Positions 25,101 to 38,156 of a stretch of DNA of 64,000 nucleotides are shown piece after piece (position 1 is the stretch's first letter; each line of letters starts with the position of its first letter). The DNA is from Octopus vulgaris (taxonomy: Eukaryota). The notes under the pieces were generated by a model. The model did not search any database, was not told where the DNA came from, and worked only from the letters and a program-made list of their open reading frames with translations. The stretch spans positions 124,186,001 through 124,250,000 of the forward strand of contig OX597819.1 in NCBI GenBank assembly GCA_951406725.2, written 5' to 3'. The translations under genes were made by a program, and so were the position numbers.

Positions 25101-26272
25101 TGAAACAAGGATGTGTCCTTGCTTCCACCTTCTTCAGCCTTACGTTCTCAGCCGTGCTGACAGATGCATTCAGGGACACAGATATAGGCATTGGCATCAG
25201 GTACCGGTCCGATGGTTCAGTCTTCAACCTCGGGAGGCTCAAAGCGAAAACCAAGGATCCAGTAGACACCGTCAACAACTTCCTGTTCGCCGATGACTGC
25301 ACTCTCAATGCTGCTACTGAATCCAACATGCAGTCCAGCCTTGACTTGTTCTCTGGCGCCTGCAACAACTCTGGCCTTACTATCGATACAAAAAAGACTG
25401 AGGTACTGAGGTATCAGCCAGCTCCAACCAACCCCTACGTTGAACCCAACATCACCATCAACGGGCAGCGACTGAACACGGTGGACAAGTTCACCTACCT
25501 TGGCAGCACACTCTCTAGAAATGTCGTCAATGACGAAATCAACGCCAGACTCGCCAAGGCAAGCGCTGCTTTCGGTAGGCTACACAAGACTGTCTGGTAA
25601 CAGGAGGGGGATCACCAACGTGGCAAAGATCAAGGTGTACCGGGCTGTTGTTCTCACAATGCTCCTTTACAGCTGCAAGTCCTGGACAGTCTACCAGTGT
25701 CATGCTAGGAAGCTGAACCACTTTCATACAATACACCTCAGAAAACTTCTCGGCATAAAGTGGCAGGACAGGATCTCGGACACCAAGGTACTAATACGTG
25801 CTAACCTGCCCAGCATCCATACCATCTTGATGCAGTCTCAGCTTCGCTGGGAAGGGCATGTAGCTTGCATGTCAGACGATCGATTACCAAAAAGATTGCT
25901 CTTTGGTGAGCTGCAAAAGGGAAAGCACTCACAAGGCGGCCAGAAGCGCTTTAAGGATACCCTGAAAGCCTTCAATATCAACCATGACACTTGGGAGCAG
26001 TCTGCTCTAGATAGAGAAGGTTGGCGATCAGCTGTCCACAGGGGTGCCAACACATGCAAGACCAATAGGATCGCTGCTGCAGAAGACCACAGACAAGCCA
26101 GGAAGAACAGAGCTAACAACCCTGTAGCAGGCGCTACCATTCCCTGTCCACACTGTCAAAGACTCTTTCAGGCACAGATTGGCCTCACTAGCCATCTGCG
26201 AACTCACCAAAACAAGCCCACCCCCATTCCAGGATGACTAGATGGTCTTCGTCACATCGACAGACAAACTAC
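22198..26272 (+). mobile_element. Full-length RTE-clade LINE (APE endonuclease + RT + C-terminal zinc finger), inactivated by frameshifts
   Basis: Perfect 13-bp TSD actcttgctttgg (22185-22197, 26273-26285). Motifs LAWNVH, LGETR, ILGDFNARVG, HLIDYII, KAPGPDSIP, KQGCVLA, FADD, YLGS, RWEGHV, CPHCQR..GLTSHLRTH. Confidence 0.96.
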
Positions 26273-26422
26273 ACTCTTGCTTTGGTTGGATTTTCTGGAG
26301 GCATTAAAACCATGGTGACTATCTCAGTTTCCAGAATCTGGTGAATTTGCTTGTCTTGACTTTGAAGACAGCAATAATTCTTTCAGACGTTTGACATATG
26401 TTTGTAATGTTGTTAGACTGTA

Positions 26423-26591
26423 GGCGTAAGAGTGGCTGTGTGGTAAGTAGCTTGCTTACCAACCACATGGTTCTGGGTTCAGTCCCACTGTGTGGCACCT
26501 TGGACAAGTGTTTTCTGCTATAGCCTCGGGTGAACCAAAGCCTTGTGAGTGGATTTGGTAGACGGAAATTGAAAGAAGCCCGTCGTATATA

Positions 26592-26622
<31 letters not shown>

Positions 26623-26833
26623 ATGTATATGTATGTGTGTCTATGTTTGTCCCCCCAACATCGCTTGACAACCGATGCTGGTGTGTTTACATCACCGTAA
26701 CTTAGTGGTTTGGCAAAAGCAACCGATAACATAAGTACTAGACTTACAAAGAATAAGTCCTGGGGTCGATTTGTTCGACCAAAGGCGGTACTCCAGCATG
26801 GCCACAGTCAAATGACTGAAACAAGTAAAAGAG
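26423..26833 (+). mobile_element. tRNA-derived SINE with CORE-like segment and internal (TG/TA) microsatellite
   Basis: tggctgtgtggtaag (A box), gggttcagtccc (B box), caccttggacaagtg (CORE-like). Related copies lie at 35675-35815 and 39285-39965. Confidence 0.85.
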
Positions 26834-27838
26834 ACCCTGATACTTTTCATCCCTGATTTCCCTGTAGCTTTTCTCATATCTGATGAATGGAAAAGGTCGA
26901 AGTTGTGCTCTAGATGGAAGATATGTTTTTTTGTGCTTACTGTAGTTGATTTTTGAAAAATGATATTTAACACTACTTTCTGGTGTCAGTGGCTTCTAGT
27001 ACTTAGATGTTCTATTTGGTTATGCCCTACTGCTAGTTACAAAGGTTTAAATCCACTTTATACATTCATATGTGTAATGTTAAATGTTGCATTACTTTTC
27101 CGCTACAATTAATTTTATATATAAAATGGATCACAAACAAACAAGAACAGTAAACTTTGTTTAGTATAGGTTTCATTCAGAATAGAAATGACGTTTTTTT
27201 TTAACTAAAACAAACTAAAAGAATCGAAAATATCCTTAAGATTTCTTGTCCCTGTATAACTCAGTCTCTTCATGTTAGGTACATTTTATTGTTTGTGTAT
27301 GTGTGTGTAATATTTAGATTATGTTTATTTTAAGGAAGAAATAAAGAATGTTGTGATTGCTTAGATGCCTTAGTTTAAAACGGGTCACAGACACAGCATG
27401 AAAGACTTTGCGTGTAGTCTGTTTGCATCGATTTACCCTGTATTTAGAAATAGCTACCGATCCTATAGTTGATTTTAAGAAGTAGTAGGCAGCTTCAAAA
27501 ACACATGATCCAAGGGAAAAGGGTGTGATTTAACCAGTCTAATTTTGTCAAAAATGAATTCTCTACGAACTAAATTAAATGGTAAATCTAGTACATCAGT
27601 GAATAAGGTTTTAACGAACATACGGTAAATCGCAGATAACAAAGTGTTATTGAAGAGAAGAGTAATAAATAATTATGGTATAGTCGAGAATATGGTACAA
27701 TTAGGTGAAGCTAGAGATGCTGATCAAAGAAACATATGAAAGGGTTGAGTATTGATCTAGCTGATATAGTTAATGGATAAGAAAACGGCTGGTAATGTAA
27801 GGCGTGTCGCACTGACCTTACACCAACATAAAAATATT

Positions 27839-27839
<1 letters not shown>

Positions 27840-27887
<48 letters not shown>
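27840..27887. repeat. (AT)n microsatellite
   Basis: Pure AT run. Confidence 0.95.
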
Positions 27888-27888
<1 letters not shown>

Positions 27889-29729
27889 CCATGATCAATA
27901 ACTAAGTATGGTATGCTCTAGACGTAAATATAAACCCAAACAGTGTAGCTAACATAATGACATTTGTTTCCCTTTAAATTAAATCTCTTTTTAAATGTCA
28001 CCATTTTAATATAAGTTTTTATATATTCTCGACAGAAACTAGTGTAGCAAAATAGTCAACAAAATTCAAAAATTCCTTTTTGATACAATCGCAAAGAGAT
28101 CAGCTGTTATATTCTATTAAATGTTTAAGTTTATCAGTCTTTTGTTGTAAGAAACTGGAACATCAGTGACTCAAATCAATTTTATCAATTACCCTAAAAT
28201 ATAGCATTTCACTTCAAACGGAATCCCCATTTATAAAAAAACTTTTAAAGAACAAGCCTTAGTCTCTTTTAAAACACGTGTATTTTACAATAATATTCAG
28301 ATATTTTAATGCCACTGCATTTAAGCGATGTAGCATTAATTATTTCAAGTAGAATCACATGTTCAGATATTCAAAATTATTGTTTGTGACTAACAGACAA
28401 AAACTTAAAATATATATATATAAAATCTAAAAAGTTGCCTTTAAAATTTTTCAAGCAGCAAAGATAAAGAAATATCAATTAGGAAAAGAAACCAAATCTT
28501 AAATTTTAGAAATATTATCGTTTCGAAAAACGGACACTATTCTTGTAAAAGGAATTATGAGATAAAATATGAATATATGTCATAAATATATATATACATT
28601 TTGTATATAATTGCCAGCAGAGAGAGAATTTACTGCATGGAGATAATTAACACGTTTACACAAACACGTACTTTAATTAAAGACATATTTCGAGTCGCAA
28701 CTGCTATTGTAAAAGAATATATATTTAAAGTTAACCATGTGTTATCACTGAAGCACAAAAAAATCGAAACGAATTTACAACAATCTGCAACATTTAGTTG
28801 ATTTTATTCGCTTATAGTCAATATATATTGTAATTAACATTTTGTAAATAGCAAGAGACTGTGTTTTTAGTTTCCCTTGGCAGCACAAAAGACTGTGACT
28901 TTAAATAATAAAAAAATAAGTCATGTTGCTAAAATGAGAATTAAGTCGGGGAAAGTATGTCTTCCCGGCAACGACTGAAACCAATTTCATCCATCATAAA
29001 GGATGAACGAGATTATGGCTTAAAACCCGCTTAGAACGGAACCTTAATTCTACCACTAAATCCTAAAAGACTGAGAAGATATTTTGTTCTACACACATAC
29101 GGTATTCTACCGAAAGAATATGTGTTGAATTTATTTTAAAACGAAGAACTTAAACCACATGAAAGCTAAAAATAGCGAAAAGGTGACGTAAACAAACAAC
29201 TTCCTGATTTTCTTACAAATCATATCCGGAATTTTTTAAAATTTATTCCACATTTTTAAAGGAAATTGTAAATATTCTAAGTAATTTCGTTTTTACGTAC
29301 TACAATAATGACTTTCGCTTTAATCGAATCCACTTAAATTTCGTCCGATTAAAGAATTTGAAAGTCTTTTGATGAATGTTTTAAGAAATAAAATCGTTTC
29401 AAAGTTTGAACTTAAACAGCTTTGATTCTTTAAAATTAAGTTTTGATGAATGAAAACGATGCCTTAATTGTTTTTAGTTTGCTTTGTAGAATAGTTTGTG
29501 CGTGACTGAATGTTCCAAGGAATTATTAAAAGTCTGTAAAAAGTTTTAAAAATCGAAATAATAGATTGAAATAACAGTTTTGCTACTTTTGCCGCTAAAG
29601 CAAGAAAGAGATCATAGAAAGGAAAAAAGACAACGTATGACATATTACTGAAGTATAAAAGTTCTTTCTTTTTTCTTTTTAAAATCAATATATTGGCATA
29701 TGGCCAGAGAAAGAATAGATCTGACTTAC

Positions 29730-30393
29730 GTTTGCACTTGAGGCACTGTTTGTAGGCTCCCCAGATGAAGTCTCCGCATTTGTCGCACCAAGTCGGATTA
29801 GATCGCAACTCCAAGACGAAATCATGTCCAACTCCGAGTCGTAATTCTCCTTGACTCAGCAGAGCCATTTCAATCTGCTCTTGATAAACAACCACGGCAT
29901 CGGAATTGGATGAGTTTAGGTGAGTGTCGTCGTGTTCAGCCCAGTGGCTGTGGCGACGATGGTTGTTACTGTGATGAAGATGAAGGTTGTCGTTCCGTCT
30001 CTTCTCATTTGGCGTCAGGCTGCCTCCCACTCCGCAGCGACCTTCTCCTCCGCCCGCCACCACTGCTCCTTCTCTGCGCCTGTTGAACGGCTGCGAGAAG
30101 CCAAAACCCTGGAACATATTATCAATATTGGCCTGTAAGCGTACCCACTTCTTTTTCATGGCGTCCACCATGTCTGTCGATGTGTTGTTATTCTCGTTGC
30201 TGCCCGTGCTCACTGGATTCAGGGATCTTGTCAACTGGTTTTGAAAATGATTATTGTTGTATGTATCATTTTCGTCTGGAGTCGTTGCTCCCGTTGGACC
30301 GCCGCAGTATCCAGTGCCCGTCCCACCTCCCGAATTCTCTACCGCACCGTCTATTCCTCGAAAATAAAAGTGCTCTAGAAATTCACGAGCCAT
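29730..30393 (-). CDS. First coding exon of a RASSF1/RASSF5-like protein (N-terminal low-complexity region plus first part of a C1 domain)
   Basis: gccATG is read on the plus strand as gagccat at 30387-30393. Encodes GVGHDFVLELRSNPTWCDKCGDFIWGAYKQCLKCK, which resembles RASSF1A GHRF...TWCDLCGDFIWG. Phase-1 donor GTAAGT at 29729. The ORF continuation to 29464 is intron read-through. Confidence 0.88.
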
Positions 30394-30939
30394 GACTTAA
30401 GTAGTTTAACCACGTTCTACCTTTATTTTATTTTTTCTCTCTCTTGTTTTTATTTTTTTATTATTAAAATGTATCAAAACCAGATTATCAAAAGAAAGTC
30501 GAGATAATTAATCACTGCGTAAAGACATCTATTCGTCCTTTACACAGACTATAAATTACAGAACAAGCTTTAACAAACTTTTAATTATTTCAAAATGATA
30601 TCTTTTTTTTTTTTAACGTTGTTAATGTTGCGATTATATTCCCGAATCACAGACACTGTATGGTTTTCAAAAGTGATAAGTTGTATTGGAATTCACTTCG
30701 GTTATTCTAACTTCTGCTGGAGTACACGTCACATCTGGAAAAGAAATATTCCATGAGTAAACAAAACGTTAAGCAAACAACATATTGTATTTTTGTCTCA
30801 ATCGTAATTACGAATATCATCCCAATTAAAACCTATTAAGAACTAAAAGATAATCTCAAGTTTCAAGAGGCATAAAAATACGTTGGAAGAACATACATGC
30901 CTATACAAACACTTACCTATACACCCATATACATATATT

Positions 30940-30942
30940 TAT

Positions 30943-30985
<43 letters not shown>

Positions 30986-31241
30986 TACACGTGTGTATAT
31001 ATATACAAACATATATACACGTGTGTATATATATATATACACACACATATATATACACGTGTGTATATATATATGTATATATATATATATATATGTGTGT
31101 ATATATATATATATGTGTGTATATATGTATATTTATGTATATGTATATATATATATATATGTATAATATATATATGTATATGTATATATATATATGTATA
31201 AATATATATATGTATATATGTATATGCATATATATATATGC

Positions 31242-31273
<32 letters not shown>

Positions 31274-31327
31274 TTATATATATATACACACATATACACG
31301 TGTGTGTATATATATATATATACACAC
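30940..31327. repeat. Compound (TA)n/(CA)n/CACGTG microsatellite
   Basis: Visible directly in the sequence. Confidence 0.95.
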
Positions 31328-31434
31328 CAAAGTAAACACATAAATGTGAAACAAGTTGGGAAGAAATAGTACTCAAATACCAGAGATAGAGTAATATGCT
31401 TTATAATTATTAAAGCTGCAAAAAAAATCACAAT

Positions 31435-31478
31435 AAACTGCTACTCAGAGTTTCACGTTCCTGTTCATTTGAGAGTTT
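31435..31478 (-). ncRNA. Degenerate minimal hammerhead-like motif
   Basis: Minus strand aaactct CaaATGA aca-ggaa-cgt GAAA ctctgag TA gcagttt. Stems I and III are visible, but the core has 2 mismatches. Confidence 0.4.
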
Positions 31479-31639
31479 AGACTGAGAATGGAACAATACA
31501 GTTTGTATATATAAAATATACAATTTATATTGACAGATACACATTTGAAATTGGTTTCTTTTCATTGGTCCTTTCGACAAAAGGTTTTTTTCTAATCAAT
31601 AATGACAGTTTTAAAATCATATATATATTTATATAGGGG

Positions 31640-31960
31640 GCACCCTATCAGTTACGATGGCAAGAGTCCTAGCTGATGCGATCAACAGAACAGCTTGCTC
31701 CTGGAATAAATATGCAAGTGGCTGAGTACTACACAGATACGTGCACCCTTGACGTAGTTCTCAGGGAGATTCAGTATGATGCAGAGTGTAGCAAGGCTGT
31801 CCCTTTGAAATACAGTTACTACTCATTTTTGCTAGCTAAGTGGACTGGATCAATGTGAAATAAAGTGTCTTGCTCAAGGACACAACACGTTGCCAGGAAT
31901 TGAACTCATGACCTTACAATCATCACCCACATCATGCCCTAATCACTAAGCCACACACCT
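31640..31960 (-). mobile_element. Old tRNA-SINE with CORE-like centre + tail X
   Basis: Minus strand tggcttagtgattaggg...gagttcaattcc...gtgtccttgagcaagacact, then the same tail as 3523-3712. Confidence 0.8.
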
Positions 31961-31965
31961 TCAGA

Positions 31966-32260
31966 TCATCATCATCGTTTAGCGTCCGCTTTCCATGCTA
32001 GCATGGTTGGACGGTTCAACTGGGGTCTGGGAAGCCAGAAGGCTGCACCAGGCCCAGTCTGATCTGGCAATGTTTCTACAGCTGGATGCCCTTCCTAACG
32101 CCAACCACTCCATGAGTGTAGTGGGTGCTTTTTACATGGCACAGGTGCCAGGGGAGACTGGCAACGGCGATGATCAGTTGTTGCTTTTTACGTGCCACTG
32201 GCACGGAGGCCAGGCGAGGCTGGCAACGACCACGATCAGATGGTGCTTTTTACGTGCCAT
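31966..32260 (-). mobile_element. Solo PHD-RTE 3' tail
   Basis: Reverse complement of the family tail. Confidence 0.85.
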
Positions 32261-32486
32261 ATACATATATCTACATTTATATATATATGTATATAAATGC
32301 ATATGTATTTTTTCAATGTGTAAGGATGTTACAGCCTACTTATAAAGGTGTTATTCAAACCTTGATACTTCCGACATATGTTCCGAATAAAACATTGGCA
32401 TTATTCGCATTCGTTTCCTTAGTAGTAATTCTAAGACTAGAAACTCTGTTTATCAATGTAAAATTACTACTGGTTTTGATGTGTTT

Positions 32487-32753
32487 TTTTACATAGGTAG
32501 TTCTTCATCTCAGTTGTCAAAAAGAATATCTAACCATTACTCTACATTTAGACATATCAATACAAACAACAATACTGGGCTTAGTAAATTAATTTGGTCT
32601 CTAAAGGAATGTAATAAACAATTTGATTTGGAATGGAATATTCTATCTAGATCCTTTCCATATGATAAAGGTAAATCCTTTTGTCCACTCTATAACGAAG
32701 AACAATATCTCATGCTGTTCTCAGAGAATTCTCTTGTAAACATGTTTAAGTAA
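32487..32753 (+). mobile_element. Penelope-like element GIY-YIG endonuclease fragment
   Basis: FYIGSS...KRISNHYSTF...TGLSKLIWSLK...WNIL...CPLYNEE...LVN, the pattern of PLE GIY-YIG domains with a C-x-L-C-x-x-E-K-like end. Confidence 0.75.
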
Positions 32754-33661
32754 TTTCTACCAATCAGTAAAATCTGACCTTTAACTGTCTTCTTACATTT
32801 CATTTCCACTACACATTTATTTCCACGCTGTTAACCTTTATTCACATTCATCAATCGCACTATATTTCTTCACTCTTAATTTTCTGTTAATTTCTTTATT
32901 TCTCCTCCTTCTCTTTCTCTAAATTGCTTTTGACGTTAAATCTATTGATAGTTTTTTTAAAAAATAGCTTGCCAGCGTTCCCCTTCATCATATACGCGGT
33001 AATCACATTGGGTTAAAATGGCTTATTGGTGTGTTTTCTTTCTCTTTTTTTACCCTGATGAGATGATTGTTTTTGTTTTTTTAAACTCCTGAAAGAAAAG
33101 TGAATTATTCAAATAGAGAAGAAATGCTTGACTAACTTAGAACCAAAATAAATAAACAGGTTAGAAGATATAAAAAGCCAGAACTTGTTACAAAGAAAAA
33201 TATATAAACATACAAGAGAAGAGGAGGAAAGAAATGAAAATGTTGTTGCATAGGTCAGAAACAAAAATACAGAAAAGGAGAATCAATAACTTATCACATT
33301 TTTATTCGGGACCTTTCCTTAACCTAATTATAGAAAATGCCTGTATACTTATCCTATCTCAAGTTTTTCTTAAAGTTGTGGTAGATCTCATGAATTTTCT
33401 CTACTTTGCTGTAAGCACATGGAGACACATCTTGAACGAAGAAACAGCAATGTTTTCACTTCACGTTTTGTTGAAGACTCTTGCTGCTCAGTATATTTAT
33501 GTACGTGATTTTAAATGTATCGTAATTTTATAGATATATTATATTTTAGAATATTTTCCTGATCAGCTGCCTATTTTCTTTGAAATACTTTTACAGGTTT
33601 TCAGAAGCACAGGAAAATATGACTGAATCATATGAAACTGGAAGTATATATATATATATAT

Positions 33662-33693
<32 letters not shown>

Positions 33694-33922
33694 TTACAGT
33701 ACAAAGTAAGATAGGGGTTATGGGTGCAACTCACTATGGGATATCATTTATCCAATATACTGTTGGTATTTAAAATCTGTATTTGTATTATTATCTTATC
33801 TATTGATTTATATAATATTTTGTATGCTTTTGATGTTCTCATTTGGAATAAATAATCCAACATTATAATATCCGTAAGTTGATGAACAAACCAAATTTGT
33901 TTCTCCATTTTCTTATTTGTAT

Positions 33923-33924
<2 letters not shown>

Positions 33925-33985
<61 letters not shown>

Positions 33986-33988
33986 TAT
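33925..33988. repeat. (TA)n microsatellite abutting a LINE 5' truncation
   Basis: Visible directly in the sequence. Confidence 0.95.
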
Positions 33989-33989
33989 C

Positions 33990-35650
33990 ACTGGTGTAGT
34001 AGCACTATAGTTAACTGCTACAAAGGTAAAGGTGACACTTTAGATACAAATAATTACAGAGGTATCAAGTTGTTGGATCAGGTAATGAAGGTGTCACGGA
34101 GAGGATCATAGCCCAACTAATTAGGGAGAGAGTCAGTTTGGATGAGATGCAGTTTGGGTTCGTGCCAGGGAAAAGTACCACTGATGCTATATTTCTGGTA
34201 AGACAGCTGCAGGAGAAATACCTAGTACCTAGTCAAAGTTAAACCCCTGTACCTGTCTTTCGTTGACATGGAGAAAGCCTTTGACAGAGTCCCCCAATCC
34301 CTTATCTGGTGGTCAATGAGGAAACTAGGGATAGATGAATGGTTAGTGAGAGCTGTGCAAGCCATATACAGGAACGCTGTCAGTAAGGTGAGGGTTGGCA
34401 ACGAGTACAGTGAAGAATTCTGGGTGAAGCTAGGGATCCACAAAGGTTCAGTCCTCAGCATCCTCCTATTTATCATAGTCCTCCAGGCAATAATGGAGGA
34501 ATTCAAGACAGGATGCACCTGGGAGCTCCTCTATGCTCACGACCTTGCTCTAATTGCTGAATCATTATCAGAATTAGAGAAGTTTCAGGTGTGGAAACAA
34601 GGATTAGAATCAAAGGGCCTTAGAGTCAACCTAGCTAAAACAAAAGTCCTAATAAGTAGGAAGGCAGGCAAACCACAAATCCCTTCAGGTAGATGGCCCT
34701 GCTCGATCTGTAGAAAAGGCGTAGGTAGAAACTCTATAAGATGTATTCAGTGTAAGCTATGGACACATAAGAGGTGCAGCAATATCAAAGGAAGGCTAAC
34801 TGGGAGGATGGTTTTCATATGTGGCAGATGCTCGGGAGCTATAAATAACACTGAAAATGTGCAGAGAACAACTTCCACCACATTCCAGGGAGAAAAACTA
34901 GAAGTAGTTGATAGCTTCCGTTACCTAGGTGACCAAGTCAGTAGCAGGGGTGGGTGCGCTGAAAGTGTAGCTGCTAGGATAAAAATAGCCTGGGCAAAGT
35001 TCAGAGGGCCTCTTGCTCAGAGTAAAAGGTAGACTGTATGACGCATGTGTACGAACAGCCATGCTACATGGCAGTGAAACATGGGCCATGACTGCTGAGG
35101 ACATGTGTAAGCTTGCAAGGAATGAAGCCAGTATGCTCCGATGGATGTGTAATGTCAGTGTGCATACTCGACAGAGTGTAAGTACCTTGAGAGAAAAGTT
35201 GGACCTAAGAAGCATCAGACGTGGCATGGTCATGTGACGAGAATGGATGAGGATAGCTGTGTGAAAAAGTGCCACACCCTAGCAGTTGAGGGAACCTGTG
35301 AAAGAGGTAGACCAAGGAAGACCTGCGATGAAGTGGTGAAGCATGACCTTTGAACTTTAATCCTCACCAAGGAAATGACCAGTGACTGGGACCTTTGGTA
35401 ATATGCTGTGCTTGAGAAGACCCGGCAAGCCAAGTGAGACCATAACCTCGTGGCCTGTGCCAAAAATGTAAGCAGCCCACTTATGCGTACCTTTCCTTCA
35501 TTGGACACTAAACTCTGCTTGCGAAGACCTGCTGAGGGAAGCGAAATCGAAATCAAATTTGATGACTGGCATCTGTGCTAGTGGAGCGCTAAGAGCACCA
35601 TCCAAGCATGATCGTTGCCAGAGTAGCTAACTGGCTTCCATGCAGGTGAC
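33990..35650 (+). mobile_element. PHD-RTE LINE copy, truncated at both ends
   Basis: ORF 34268-35032 with KAFDRVP, YAHD, an intact C4HC3 finger (34700-34831) and YLGDQV. Confidence 0.93.
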
Positions 35651-36039
35651 ACACACACACACATGTATATATACACAAAGGGTTTCTTTCAGTTTCTGTC
35701 AATCAAATCCACTGACAAGGCTTTGGTCAGCCCAGGACTATAGTAAAAGACACTTACCTAAGATTCCATGCGTTGGGACTGAACATAGTTGGAAGCAGGT
35801 TTATTACCACACAACCAGGTCATTCTTGACCTCTACTGACTAAAAGGTAACCCTGTACAAGCTATCACAGAGTCGTTGGTGATTAAATCCAGCAACTCCA
35901 CAAAGGAGAGAGATTTGGGGACAAACTGCAGGATGAAAAACAAAATTATCCTTAAGAAGGTTATATGGATAGAGACCTCAGGCAACCCCTCCATAGAGTC
36001 CTATCAGAAGCAATTGTTATGTGTGTGTGTGTGTAAGAC

Positions 36040-36417
36040 CCGACAAATGAAATGAGTTCATGACTGCAAAGACCCAACAAATGAAGTGAGTCCATGGCTT
36101 GCAGGACGACCTGCTGTGCTTACCTTGGATCATAGGGCGACCTGCTGTGCATGAGGAGACCTATTGAGTCAAGTACATCAACATCAAAATAAAAATCAAA
36201 TAGAAATTGTAGTTGTGATACTCGTGCTGGTGGCACGTAAAAAGTACCCACTACACTCACGGAGTGGTTGGCATTAGGAGGGGCATCCAGCTGTAGAAAC
36301 ACTGCCAGATCAGACTGGAGCCTGGTGCAGCCTCCATGGCTTCCCAGATCCCGGTCGAACTGTCCAACCCATGCTAGCATGGAAAACAGACGTTAAACGA
36401 TGATGATGATGATGATA
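36040..36417 (+). mobile_element. PHD-RTE 3' UTR fragment
   Basis: Matches 14450-14884. Confidence 0.85.
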
Positions 36418-36671
36418 CCCTGTCCTAACATCAACCACTTTACAGAGTGTCCTGGCTGCTTTTTACATGTCACCAACAGCAGTGATGTCATCGAGTCACA
36501 TGCAGGACAAGACCCCTCAATTGGTGAGGGTAATGATATTGAGGGAAAGAAAAAGGTGTTATGCATTAGAGGAAAAACATGGCTATCTCAAGCGGAGAGA
36601 AAAGATGGTGAAGATGTGATGGTGGGGGCAGTACACTCAAGTTACAAGGAAGTATATATTGTGAAGTGAAA

Positions 36672-36886
36672 AGGCAGCAAGCTGGCAGAAATGTTAGCAT
36701 GCCGGGCGAAATGCATAGCCGTATTTCGTCTGTCGTTACGTTCTGAGTTCAAATTCTGCCAAGGTCGACTTTGCCTTTCATCCTTTCGGGGTCGATAAAT
36801 TAAGTACCAATTACGCACTGGGGTTGATGTAATCAACTTAATCCGTTTGTCTGTCCTTGTTTGTCCCCTTGTGGGTAGTAAAGAAA
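36672..36886 (+). mobile_element. Meta-like SINE with 15-bp TSD
   Basis: tatatattgtgaagt at 36653-36667 and 36887-36901. Confidence 0.9.
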
Positions 36887-37194
36887 TATATATTGTGAAG
36901 TAAACTGGGGACTGTAGGTAGAAATTCTATATGGTGTGGGTGGTTAGATGAGTTTACAAGATTGCAAAAGCAGAGTGGGAACTGGGGGGAGGGAGAGAAT
37001 ATAATGACTGGACACAGATAAAGGGAGGGGGTATCAGAGTGGTATGTAGTGAGGAAGAGATTCAACAAGGACATACTGTATACATAAAAAATGAAGAGGA
37101 ATAGAGCAGTGGTGAGCAAGAGCAGAGGAAAGGGTAAAGTGTTAGGAAGATGGGTTGTGGGATCCAAGGACATCTCTTTATACCCTTGATTAGC

Positions 37195-38120
37195 TGAGGG
37201 GGGGGCCTTCTCAAGCAGAGAAAATTGCCACTTGTCTTGCTCCTTTGTCATCTTCTCTGTGAGCCTCAACATCTTTAGATGTTGAGAAATGATCTCAAGA
37301 TCATTTCTCACTACTTTGTCCTCTTCAACAATTTTTCCCCCCACATTTACCAAGCAGCACTTCTTTACACAGCTGCCCTCGTCCATATGCATTACATGAC
37401 CATACCGGTGCAGTTTTCTCTCTTGCACAATACAACTGATGCTTTTCAAAACATTTACACTTCATCATACATGCACAATGACATTGCTCACCCAGTGAAG
37501 CATACTAGCTTCATTTCTTTCAAGCCTTTGCATGTCCTCAGCAGTCACAGCCCAAGTTTTACTGTCATGTAGCATAGCTGTCTATACACAAGCATCATAC
37601 AATCTGTTTTTTCACTCTGAAGGTGAGGCCCTTTGTTACCAACAAAGGTAATAGCTCGCTGAACTTTATCCAGCTAGTACTTATTCTAGCAACTACCCTT
37701 TCAGTGCAATCTCCTCCACAGCTAATTTGGTCATCTAGTCAATGAACACTGTCTACTACCCCTAAGGACCCCACTGAGATTCTATACACCTCTTATAGGT
37801 CCATAGCTTTCACTGAGCAAACCATATAGAATTTCTACCTACACTTTTTCTATATATTGAACAGGGGCATTTCCCTAAAGAGGTCAGCTTTCCTGCTTAC
37901 TAGTGCTTTGGTCTTTGCTAAATTAACTCTAATGCCCTTAGATCCCAGTGCTTCCTTCCCCACCTGAAATGTCTTCCTGAACTCTAGCAGAGATTCAGCT
38001 GCAAGAACAAAGTCATTGGCATAGAGGAGCTTTCAATGGCAACCAGTCTTAAATTCCTTTGTTATGGCCTGGATAACTATGATAAACAAGGAACTGACAA
38101 CCAATACTTGGTGAGCTCCT
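37195..38120 (-). mobile_element. Old, divergent PHD-RTE-related LINE fragment
   Basis: Minus strand KLLYANDF, LRVNLAKTK, AMLHDS...VQERKLHRYGHVMHMDEGSCVKKC. Confidence 0.8.
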
Positions 38121-38156
38121 ATAGAGAGATAGACAGACAAATAGATAAATAGACAT

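Noticed and set aside
29464-29729. C-terminal part of the 309-aa ORF
   Set aside because: It lies after a consensus GTAAGT donor, is AT-rich and breaks the C1 domain, so it is intron read-through.
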